Positions 22,258-31,428 of a stretch of 31,428 nucleotides of DNA are shown piece by piece. A program made the position numbers and the translations under genes. Location of the stretch: NCBI GenBank assembly GCA_038087875.1, contig JAXLNO010000038.1:62001-93428 (forward strand). The letters run 5' to 3'. Each line of letters opens with the position of its first letter. Position 1 is the stretch's first letter. The stretch is from Malacoraja senta. Its lineage: Eukaryota. Below the pieces are notes generated by a model that was not told the DNA's origin, searched no databases, and was given only the letters and a program-made list of their open reading frames with translations.

Positions 22258-23181
22258 TGTAAGTTATTGGGGCAAATCCTCCAAAATTATGGAAGAACTT
22301 GGATAAGGACATGGACATTTTAAAAAGACAGATTTGCTGGCTGCAACGGAAAAACCCGCAATCCACAGAAAGAATCAGTTTCAAGTTTCAAACCCGTCTG
22401 GCCTGTGGACTTGGACATCACACAACGGTGTGAACAGGAAAGGCTGAGACGGAGATAACGAGATTTTCTTGGATACACAAAGGAAGGAACCAAGCCTCAG
22501 CAGATGGTGGTAAACTGGCCAGCAGAGCACTATCACCATCGAGGATGATAACGATCAGGCTGAGGGATCATGACATCAGCAAACCCCTTATCATCGGAAG
22601 CCTATTGTTCATGCCAGATCGAAACTGGGAAACATCAAAAGAACCCCTTTTATCCAGAGGACCACCTGGGGGTTTCAAAGGAATCTCAGGTATAAAACAG
22701 GAGTCCAGCCAGAACTCGCTCTCTGCTCTTTTTGGCTCTTCCTGCTCTTCCTGCTCTCTTTCTGCTCTACTGGACAGCTCGTGAGCCTGCATCGACTTAG
22801 CTGTGAGTATCCTGGTGACCTGGAGAAATTCCCGAAATAGGATAGGAGGTTGAGTAAATAAAGGGAAAGGGGAGTAAAATATTGTCAAAGTAAGTTTTAC
22901 GACGTGCCCGACAATTTTCTTTCCATAGTTTTAGTTTAAAGCATAAGTTTAGTCACATATTATGTAGTGTTGGTGAGATTCGATTTCTTATTGTTTAATA
23001 AAGCCTGTAAATTTTAGACTTGCTTTGAGTCCGTCTTGGTTTCTGTTTTCTCTCATCAGCACGCTCTGGTCAAGTCAACCTCTTATCATATCCCACCATA
23101 ATTCCGAGGTCTAGAACCTAGGGGAACCCCTTTTTCGGGCAGTTGGGCCCGAAGTGGAGTAAAGGGAACTAAACCCCTACA
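22258..23181 (+). repeat. 3' LTR
   Basis: Direct repeat of 13172-14095, preceded by a short purine run AGGGGCA (weak PPT, 22251-22257). Confidence 0.97.
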
Positions 23182-23363
23182 GACCCAGTCTCTTTCCCTT
23201 CCCCTGCACCTCCCACCCACTTCAGTAGTAAGTCCACAGCTCGTGGCTCTTCAAATACACACCTAAGTTCTTCTTAAATATGACAATGAGTTTTGTCTCC
23301 CCAACCTTTTCAAATTTGAGTTCCAGACCGCTGGGTAAAAAAACATTTCCTCATGTCCATTTC

Positions 23364-23980
23364 AGAGTCCCCCTAATCCTCACCTTTCACCCCATCAGCC
23401 GTCGCATACAGCACACAATCCTCCGACAATTTCACCACCTCCAAAGGGATCCCACCACGAGCCAAATCTCATCCATCTCCACCCCATTCCGCTTTCCGCA
23501 GTGACCATTCTGCAACTCGCTGGTCAAGGCATTCCTTCCCACCCAAACCACCTCCTCACCAGGTATTTCCCCCTGCAACCGCAGAAGATGCAACACCTGT
23601 CTCTATTAACTCCTCCCCCGACTCAGTCATTTCAGGTGAGGCAGAGGTCTAACCTCATCTACTGTATCCGCTATTCCAGGTGTGGACTCCTATACATCGG
23701 TGAGACCGAGCGCAGGCTCGACGATCGTTTCGCTGAACACATTCACGCAGTCCGTCTTGGCCTATGTGTACTCCCGATTGCTAAACAGTTTAACTACCCA
23801 TCCCTTTCCCACACTGACCTGTCCTGGGCCTCCTCCGTCAGAGTGAGGACAAACACAAATTGGGGGAACAGCACCTCATATTCGCTTGGGCAGCTTACAA
23901 CCCGGCGGTATGAAAATTGATTTTTCTAACTACAAATAACCCTTGCATCCACTCCCTCTCCATCCCTCCCCTACCCTAGT
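23364..23980 (+). mobile_element. Penelope-like element fragment encoding a GIY-YIG endonuclease
   Basis: RVPLILTFHP..IQHTILRQFHHLQRDP linker and NLIYCIRYSRCGLLYIGETERRLDDRFAEH (GIY-YIG). Frameshifted. Confidence 0.88.
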
Positions 23981-24098
23981 CTATGCTCGGGAAAACATAT
24001 TTTGCATGTTTACCCTATTGAGGCCCACTTTTAAATTCAGAAATTTGTTAAGTTGTGGTATTACTGAAAGGAACAGCATTTATTGTCCAGTTGTTTAA

Positions 24099-24428
24099 TA
24101 GCCCTGTCCCACGGTACGAGTTCATTTCAAGAGCTCTCCCGAGTTTTTAAAAAATCAAACTCGGGGTAAGCACGGAGAATGAACGTAGCGGGTACGTCAG
24201 AGCTCGGGGACGTCTCTTAGCGGCTCGTAACGCTAACGGCAGGTACTCGGGAAGACTTGCTAACGGCAGGTAAGCACGGGAAGACACGTGAAGATTTTTC
24301 AACATGTTGAAAAATGTCCACGAGAGCCCCGAGTACCGACGAGTGATCATTACCGTAAATCTCCGAGTTTGAATCAGGGCAAACTCGGGAGAGCTCTTGG
24401 AATGAACTTGTACCGTGGGACAGGGCTT
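24099..24428. mobile_element. PIF/Harbinger-type MITE (330 bp)
   Basis: TIRs of about 46-48 bp (gccctgtcccacggtac.agttcatt.caagagctctcccgagttt) and a TAA TSD (24096-24098, 24429-24431). Confidence 0.88.
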
Positions 24429-24554
24429 TAAGGAAGAACTGCAGATGCTTGAGAAATCAAAGGTAGACAAAAATGCTGGAGGAACTCAGCGGGTGAGGCA
24501 GCATCTATGGAGAAAAGGAATAGGCGACGTTTCGGGTCGAGACCCTTCTTCAGT

Positions 24555-24585
24555 CTGAAGAAGGGTCTCGACCCGAAACGTTGCC
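24555..24585 (+). ncRNA. Minimal hammerhead-ribozyme-like core (mirror copy on the minus strand, 24523-24553)
   Basis: CUGAAGA-A-[GGGU CUCG ACCC]-GAAA-CGUU on +, and the same core ending CGUC on -. It matches the HHR core CUGANGA/GAAA/UH with a palindromic ACGU stem III. Stem I is very short. Confidence 0.55.
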
Positions 24586-25036
24586 TATTCCTTCTCTCTA
24601 TAGATGCTGCCTCACCCGCATTTATTGCCCATCTCTCCAAAGTTGAGAATGTGCTTGAGATGGTATCTTCTTCCTGATTTGCTTCAGTCTTTCTGGTGAA
24701 GTGATACAGAGCTCTTGGATTAGGAGTTCCAGAATTTAGTCCAACAATGACAGTATGTTTCTAAGTCAGATGGAGTGGGGTTTTGAGGGGAACCTGCAAA
24801 TGGTGGTGTTTCATGCATTGGAAGCCCTCATGGTTTCTGCAGGTTGATTTACATGTTTGTGAGGTGCTGTATGTGAGTGAATGTTGTGCATTTTGTAGAT
24901 ATCCTCACGTCTGAGCTAATGATAGGACAGTCATTGACAAAGCAGCTGGATGTTGGAGAATGCGGTGAGGAACTCCTACTGTGAGGACCAGGGATAAGAA
25001 TGATTCATCACCAACAACCACCATCTTCATTTAAGA

Positions 25037-26003
25037 TGTTTAAGAAAGAACTGCAGATGCTGGAAAAATCGAAGGTAGACAAAAATGCTGGAGGAACTCA
25101 GCGGGTGAGGCAGCATCTATGGCGAGAAGGAATAGGCGACGTTTCGGGTCTGAAGAAGGGACTGTAAATAGCTTGTTTTAAGCTTCCTCCCAGTCTAGTT
25201 TCAGTCAATAAAATACTGAGTCAAGCACTTGCACATCTAAACTTTATTTTGGAAAAACACAACAACAGTTCCCCACTACTAAACCTAACCACCTTGATCC
25301 TTGTATCTGCTTGTCCAAGCCCTCCTAGCCTTGTGCAAGCAGAGACACTCCAAAAGGTCATGCAGTCTCAAGCGTTCTTCCAGAAGATCGACACAGGACC
25401 TCGTGGGAGCTACCTATTATAGGTCCCCGAACCTTGAGGGGCTGAACCATATGGGGGTGGTCTCTATACAGTCCAATAACAAATATCGATTAACATAGTA
25501 CATGATAGACATTTCCTTAACCCAATAATACAGTAACTAATACATTGTATTCGAAAGGAGCTTCTGGATGGAAGCAAATATAGCAACATTTGCCTAAATA
25601 TTCAAGAAACCTAGACAAGACTCAACACTTAACCCAATCAACATCTAGCAAAGTAAAGCTTTGCAACATTATATACAATGTGTATGTCTGGTTTGCATTC
25701 ACCCAATCCGTTTCATGCAATTTACACCTAATTGTAAGAAGCTGCAGATGTCCCATTCTTTCTCTGCAACTCTTACCTGGGCCACAGACAAACTGGCACC
25801 AGTTAGCAGCTTGTCCCATTTCTGCAGAAGGCATATTTAAATTGACCAAATGGCCTAGCAGCACAGAAGCCCTTACTCAATTTTAGTGTCCTGGCAGCTA
25901 CAATTTGGCCAGAATTAACAATTCTTGACCAAAAATGTCGCCTATTCCTTCTCTCCATAGATGCTGCCTCACCCGCTGAGTTCCTCCAGCATTTTTGTCT
26001 ATG
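25037..26003. mobile_element. Second Penelope-derived palindromic mini-element, split by a roughly 760-bp insert
   Basis: Left arm 25037-25160 and inverted right arm 25923-26001. Perfect 11-bp direct repeat TTCATTTAAGA at 25026-25036 and 26004-26014. Confidence 0.75.
25163..25920 (-). mobile_element. LTR-like insertion (possible solo LTR)
   Basis: Interrupts the palindromic element. Starts TGTAAATAGC, with an inverted match GCAATTTACA ending at 25726 (alternative end ATTAACA at 25920). Minus-strand AATAAA near 25243. No clear TSD. Confidence 0.4.
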
Positions 26004-26239
26004 TTCATTTAAGAAGCTCATAGAGTACGGAGTAGACACGATAATGATGGATACAGCAATATATACAACTACAAACGCAACGTTGCAGATTGGAGCAAGG
26101 ATTGAAGTGCAATCTAAGTAAAATCAAGACAAAGTGCAATAATGGAATAACCAAATGAGGTAGAGTTAAGGCGGCACCTCAGGGAAGGGGGTGTGACAAA
26201 GGTGACAACGGTGATTGCCTCAGGGGTCAGATGGCAGTG

Positions 26240-26990
26240 GGCAAGAGGCTGCTCTTAAGTCTGGGAATCCAGGCTTTCTAGCACCTGTATCTTCTCCAAG
26301 AATGTAGAAGAGAGACAAGAGCTTGGCCAGAATGGCAGACATCCTGGACGATGCTTCCAGCCTTGCTGATATGAAGCAGGATGGAACAGGGATGGCTGGA
26401 GGGAAGTGGTGAGCCTGTGATGGACTAAGCTGTGTTCACCACTCTGCAGGTTGCTGTGGCCAGCTGCAGTGCAATTGCATACCAGGCTGAGATGCATATC
26501 CTTGTGGACATGCCGAAACTTCTCAGCCACTGAACAAAGCCAATACACTGATGCGCTTTCTTGATCACCACCTCAGTGTAAAGGACCCAGGTTTGGTGTT
26601 GGTAATATGGTTCTCTAGGAACTTGAAGCTGTCAACCATTTCTAAAGCAGCTCTGTTGATAGGGACAGAGTTGCATTCATCTCATCTGCTTCTTGTTTGG
26701 TCCCACAACAATAATATCTTTGGCAAACTTACAAATTGAGTTGGCGCTACACTTGGTCACACAGTCACGGATCTACGGGAAGTAGATGGAGTGGTGGAGA
26801 GTCAGGGTGAGGAATGGTTGGGACTAATTACAACTGTCAGGAAAACCGGAGGCCAGTTGCAGATGGAGGGCCAAAGCCAATGTCCAGGAGATGAGAGTTG
26901 GGCTTATTCAGTATTATGGTGCTGAAGGCTGAGATGCAGTCAATGAGCATGGTCTTGCCAGTGCTGGGGCACAACTCCTTTCTGGACAAG
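26240..26990 (-). mobile_element. Old, degenerate Rex1/Babar-type LINE fragment
   Basis: The minus strand retains eroded LIDxxSAF (near 26925-26948), KFAxD (near 26710-26730), SFKFL and IKKAHQ motifs, in the same order as ORF 17393-18424. Confidence 0.65.
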
Positions 26991-27284
26991 GTAAAATTCA
27001 TAAAACATATTTTTAGAACATATTTGGTATTGGTATTGATGTATTCCTGCCACGTAAACAGATACAGTGAAAAACTTTGTTTGTATACTGTCCAGTTGAA
27101 TCATACTACACGTGAATACAACCAAGCCGTGCAGAAGCACCACGGGTAGTTGTATCTCTTTGCACAACGGCAAAGAGATAAATACCTGAGTGTTACAGCA
27201 TTATAGCATTACTGCTTCAGGGGGAAAGTGTATGGTTCGCAATGAAGTAGGTCAGAAGATCGGGACTAGACCCTAGCTCTTAGG

Positions 27285-27605
27285 AGGATCATTCATTGGT
27301 CTGACAACAATGGGGAGAAGCTGTTCTTGTATCTGATGGTACATGTTTCCACACTTTTGTAGTTTCTCCCCAATGGAAGAGGGGAGAAAAAGGAGTGACT
27401 GGAGTGAAAACGGCATCAACTATGTTGCAGTGTGAAGTGTACTTGGAGCCGTTGGTGGGAAGTCTGGTCTGTGTGATGGACTGGGCTACATCCGCAACTC
27501 TCTGCAATTTCATGTGGCCTTGGAGAGATTTATTGCCAAACCAAGCTGTGATAGGATGCTGTCTATGGTGCATCTGTAGAAGTTAGTCGGAGTCACTGGA
27601 GACAT
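27285..27605 (-). mobile_element. Rex1/Babar-type 3' fragment
   Basis: ITAWFGN..KLQRVADVAQSITQTRLP, homologous to 1874-2240. Confidence 0.75.
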
Positions 27606-27617
27606 GTAACCTCCTTA

Positions 27618-28360
27618 TGGGTCTGTCCCACTTAGGCGATTATTTTTTGAAAAACCGGGAACTGGAACGGCGACTGTAAGAGCGGAACACACACACATAC
27701 ACACACACATCGCAAAGGCGGGGACCAGGGCAAACGGGGGGAGCGCTGTCTGAAATTCACACGGTTGCAAAGCCAAGGTGATACAGACACACACTGCAAT
27801 GAACAGGAAGGTTGGCGCTGTGATTACGACGGCTAGCATAGTGTACGGTAAGACCTTTAAAAGAGGGGGGGAGAGAGAAGGGGGGAGAAGGAATGGAGAC
27901 AACTTTTAAGAAGCCAGACAACTTTTAAGAAGCCAGAGATACACAGCTGTGAAGTTTGGCGGACATTTAACATTACCGGTCGGTTATCCTTGGTTCTGAA
28001 AACTCCTGCTGAAGTTTTTTTTCCGCAATGAACCAATGAAAATGACCGGTCAGCAAAGGCGATTAACTAAAACTACCTACGACTACCTCGGCTACCCATA
28101 ACTACATGGCGACCCCACTACAACTGCACCTACGACTACAGGATCATCGATTTTCTCCATGGCAACCAATTTTTGGTTGCAGAAAATGTTTCAACATGTT
28201 GAAAATTTTGCTGCGACCATACTGAGGCCGCGACTGGTTCCCAGAATGCGAGAACTCCTCGCGACCATGAAGGAGACTCACCAGAGACCACCAGCGAACA
28301 TGTGGCGAGCGCAGAGTCTCCTATACTCTCCTAAAAAGTCACCTAAGTGTGACAGGCCCT
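27618..28360. mobile_element. Non-autonomous PIF/Harbinger-type DNA transposon (743 bp)
   Basis: Imperfect TIRs (t/a)ggg(t/c)ctgtc(c/a)cacttagg(c/t)ga and a TTA TSD (27615-27617, 28361-28363). Confidence 0.85.
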
Positions 28361-28658
28361 TTAGTCTTCTGAGGAACTAGAGTGTTGGTGTGTCTACTTG
28401 GCCGTAGCTTCAATGTGCCTGGTCCATGACAAATTGTTTGTAATTTACACCTATCAATTCCACCTTTCTCTCTTCATTTATACTTCCTGGTTTCTTGTCT
28501 ATTCTCCTTTGCATGTTTGTGTGCACTGCACATATTCCCCAGAACCAAACCACCCTTGCATGGAGTTCCGTCAGCGAACCAATTATGTGAGGACACTATG
28601 GGATGCGAGTGACCACATGACCAACTGCTTGCGGCCCATTCTATTTATGCCAAGTTGT

Positions 28659-28990
28659 GGGCGGCACGGTGGCACAGCGATAGAGTTGCTGCCTTACATC
28701 ACTTGCAGCGCTGGAGCCCTAGGTTCGACCCCGACCACAGTTGCTGTCTGCACGGAGTTTGTACGTTCTCCCCGTGACCGCGTGGGTTTTCTCTGAGATC
28801 TTTGGTTTCCTCCCACACTCCAAAGACCTACAGGTTTGTAGGTTAATTGGCTTGTGTTTGTATACTTGGTATAGGTGTAAATTGTCCCTAGTGTGTGTAG
28901 GATAGTGTTAATGTGCGGGGATCGCTGATCGGTTTGGACTCGGTGGGTCGAAGGGCTGTTTCCGCGTTGCATCTCTAAACCAAACTAAAA
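28659..28990 (+). mobile_element. Full-length tRNA-derived HE1-like V-SINE
   Basis: Pol III A box (tggcacagcga, near 28670) and B box (ggttcgacccc, 28722-28732), V-domain (gagtttgtacgttctccccgtg..gcgtgggttt..ggtttcctcccacactccaaagac) and a LINE-like tail with (ctaaa)n. Confidence 0.88.
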
Positions 28991-29326
28991 AATAACAAAC
29001 TCAGAAACTCTCTCTACACCCACACTCTGCTCCTGCATTGTACAACTTGGTAACCCATAGCGATACTTGGGAATGATTACGAGAGGTATCTACAGCGCTG
29101 TGAAATCATGTCAACTACTCCACAGTTCTTGACGAAACGTCATGTTGTTCTGACATCCCTGGGAACATCAAAGTTAGAAGAAATGTAGTCATTATTATAT
29201 TATCTTCTCAAATGACACAGAAACAAGGTGAATTCCTGAAACAAGTTGTGATTCGGGACCATATCACAGTATCCATTTAAAACCTAATATTTACTGACAA
29301 GCTTGCTATTTTATTCCACCATGTCA

Positions 29327-29712
29327 CCAATAGACAATAGGCGCAGGAGTAGGCCATTCGGCCCTTCAAGCCAGCACCGCCATTCAATGTGATCATGGCT
29401 GATCATCCACAATCAGTACCCCGTTCCTGCCTTCTCCCCATATCCCCTGACTCCGCTTTCTTCAAAAGCCCTATCTAGCTCTCTCTTGAAAGTATCCAGA
29501 GAACCGGCCTCCACCGCTCTCTGAGGCAGAGAATTCCCCAGACTCACCACTCTCTGTGTGAAGAAGTGTTTCCTCGTCTCCGTTCTAAATGGTTTACTTC
29601 TTATTCTTAAACTGTGCCCCCTGGTTCTGGACTCCCCCAACATCGGGAACATGTTTCCTGCCTCTAGCATGTCCAAACCCTTAATAATCTTATATGTTTC
29701 AATAAGATCCCC
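29327..29712 (-). mobile_element. CR1 LINE 3' end
   Basis: GDLIETYKIIKGLD..MFP..GESRTRGHSL..FFTQRVV..NSLP..FKRELD, followed by the 3' UTR and a short repeat tail (caatagacaatag on +). Confidence 0.92.
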
Positions 29713-30109
29713 ACATCCTAAATTCCAGAGTATACAAATTCCAGAGTATACAATCTTTGTTGTGGCCAGCCACGTGTAATTTGGTGTTGAGATTGGAGCC
29801 TCATTTAAAAAAAAATATTTCAAGATAAAGCTTCTCTGAACATTAAGTCTATTGCTATTAAAAACTGTGATTAAGGTCATAGATTTTCTTTCCTGCTACT
29901 GCAATACTTCTTCAGAGAAATAGTTCAAAGTGCTGACACCATGCAAGGTTACAAGGGACTAGAATAATCTATTCTCAAATGATTGATGGGGATTGTGGAG
30001 GAGATGGTTCATCCGTCTTTGACTGTAAAAATGTTGCTCCTGTTGTTTTGATAGCAACAGGCAGTGCTTATCTAACTGTGATTCCAAATTAAACTACTCC
30101 ATCTGCCTG

Positions 30110-30515
30110 CGTACCGTACAAGTCCCTCCATTTCCTGCATTTTATGTGCTTATCTAACACATCATTCCACCACCACCTCTGTTTGTGTGTTCCAGGCATC
30201 CACAAAAAACCTTGCTCATCTCCTTCGATTTCCCCCCCTCTTACCTTAAAACGACGCACTCTCGTAATTGATTTCTCCACCCTGGGGAAAAAGACTCTGA
30301 CTATCTACCCTATCTATGTAGGAAGGAACTGCAGATGTTGGTTTAAACCGAAGATAGACACAAAATGCTGGAGTAACTTCAGTCTGAAGAAAGGTCTCGA
30401 CCTGAAACATTCCTTCTTTCCAGAGATACTGTCTGTTCCCCTGAGTTACTCCAGCATTTTGTGTCCATCTACCTTATCTACGTATCTCATAATTTTATGA
30501 ACTTCTATCAGGTCT
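30110..30515 (-). mobile_element. Degenerate CR1 3' fragment interrupted by a Penelope-derived mini-element (30317-30466)
   Basis: CR1-like FPRVEKSITR..FKVRG and DLIEVHKIMR on the minus strand. The insert is bounded by 14-bp direct repeats atctacc(c/t)tatcta (30303-30316, 30467-30480). Confidence 0.7.
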
Positions 30516-30707
30516 TCAATGTCCAACACTTTTTAGATACAACACTTGTGAATTTTCATGTAGCTGGCAAAACATGTATACTTTTGGACTATTGTCTAAC
30601 TATCTTCTAAAATGTGCCACCGGTTCCTCCAATACTGAGCCTTGCTTTGGTCGGTGATCTGGGGCTTTCCAGCAGTCACCGACAGTAGTCTTCTGTGGTG
30701 GATCTAA

Positions 30708-30827
30708 AGGGCCTGTCCCACTTAGGTGATTTTTCAGCGGAGTGCCGGCGAGTGTCAAGCTCGCGGCACTCACTGAAAAACCGGGAAGAGGAACGGCGAG
30801 TGTCAGAGTGGAACACACACACACGCA

Positions 30828-30858
<31 letters not shown>

Positions 30859-31428
30859 CGCAACGGCGGGGGCCAGGCAAAGCGAAGGTGATGCAGACAC
30901 ACACCGCGATGAACAGGAAGGTTAAGATGGCTAGCACAGTGTACGGTAAGTCCTTTAAGGGGGGAGAAGGGGTTGAGAAGGGTGAGAAAGGGGGGAGAAG
31001 GGGGGGGAGAAGGGAGGGGGGGAGAAGGGAGGGGGGAGAAGGGAGGGGGGAGAAGGGAGGGGAGGGAGAAGGGAGGGGGGAGAAGGGAGGGGGAGGAGAA
31101 GTGAGGGGGGAGAAGGGAGGGGGGGAGAAGGGAGGGGGGGAGAAGGGAGGGGGGGAGAAGGGAGGGGGGAGAAGGGAGGGGAGGAGAAGGGAGGGGGGAA
31201 GAAGGGGGGAGAAGGGAGGGGCAGAAGGGGGGGGCAGAAGGAGGAAGGGAGGAGAAGGGGGGAGAAGGGGGGGAGGGAGAAGGGGGGCGTTCTGAAAACT
31301 CCTTGGTTCTGAAAACTCGTGCTACCTCGACTACCCACAACGACATGGCGACCCCACTACAACTGCACCTACAACTACAAAAGAATCGATTTCTCCATGG
31401 CGACCAATTTTCAACATGTTGAAAAATT
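30708..31428. mobile_element. Second copy of the 27618 Harbinger-type element (runs off the window end)
   Basis: TAA followed by the agggcctgtcccacttaggtga TIR. Internal sequence is colinear with 27618-28205. Confidence 0.85.
30959..31287. repeat. G/A-rich minisatellite (GGGAGAAGGGAGGG)n
   Basis: Seen directly as an almost pure purine tandem array. Confidence 0.95.

Larger units (their letters stand above)
13172..23181 (+). mobile_element. Full-length env-less LTR retroelement with retrovirus-like dual-RNase-H pol (lokiretrovirus/Odin-like)
   Basis: Two 924-bp LTRs with TGTAAG...CTACA termini, 4-bp TSD GACC (13168-13171, 23182-23185), PBS, and gag-PR-RT-RH-RH-IN order. The lineage label is an inference from domain architecture. 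Confidence 0.95.
24090..24619. mobile_element. Penelope-derived palindromic mini-element (hosts the MITE at 24099-24428)
   Basis: Flanked by 14-bp direct repeats gcatttattg(t/c)cca (24076-24089, 24618-24631). 65-bp inverted arms are centred on 24554. Confidence 0.75.

Noticed and set aside
25777..25821. Possible 45-nt minus-strand exon (ttctgcAG|KWDKLLTGASLSVAQ|GTAAGA)
   Set aside because: Weak polypyrimidine tract, unrecognised peptide, and it lies within an insertion inside a repeat. It cannot support a host gene without RNA data.
28659..28735. tRNA-like sequence with A and B boxes
   Set aside because: It is the head of a SINE. No intact cloverleaf or Pol III terminator follows.
30600..31346. 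Pro-rich and Gly-rich ORFs of 127-248 aa
   Set aside because: Translations of the purine minisatellite and CA repeats inside a MITE.
1..31428. CRISPR arrays, prokaryotic operons or defence systems
   Set aside because: The sequence is vertebrate repeat DNA. There is no regularly spaced repeat-spacer array or prokaryotic gene organisation.

Overview
Eukaryotic, repeat-dense DNA, very likely from a cartilaginous fish such as a skate or ray (inferred from HE1-type V-SINEs and CR1/HER1-like tails). No host gene is confidently visible. The centrepiece is a young 10-kb LTR retroelement at 13172-23181 (+), with 924-bp LTRs about 99% identical, TG..CA ends, a GACC target-site duplication (TSD) and a tRNA-Arg-like primer binding site (PBS). 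It has a retrovirus-type pol (PR-RT-degenerate RNase H tether-second RNase H-IN), and a single in-frame UGA separates gag from pol. It has no env. In the env position is a small ORF with one transmembrane helix followed by a polybasic stretch, resembling FAST/sORF2 fusogens, and it can be joined in frame to the gag N-terminus by a predicted splice. Two non-LTR insertions interrupt its RT (an L2-like 3' end and a Rex1/Babar fragment). To the left, a full-length Tx1-clade LINE (5312-11869, -) sits in a (TC)n microsatellite that lies inside a putative solo LTR (5097-12337). The rest is CR1 and Rex1 fragments, V-SINEs, Penelope-like GIY-YIG remnants, small TSD-flanked Penelope-derived elements with hammerhead-ribozyme cores, and three Harbinger-type MITEs.
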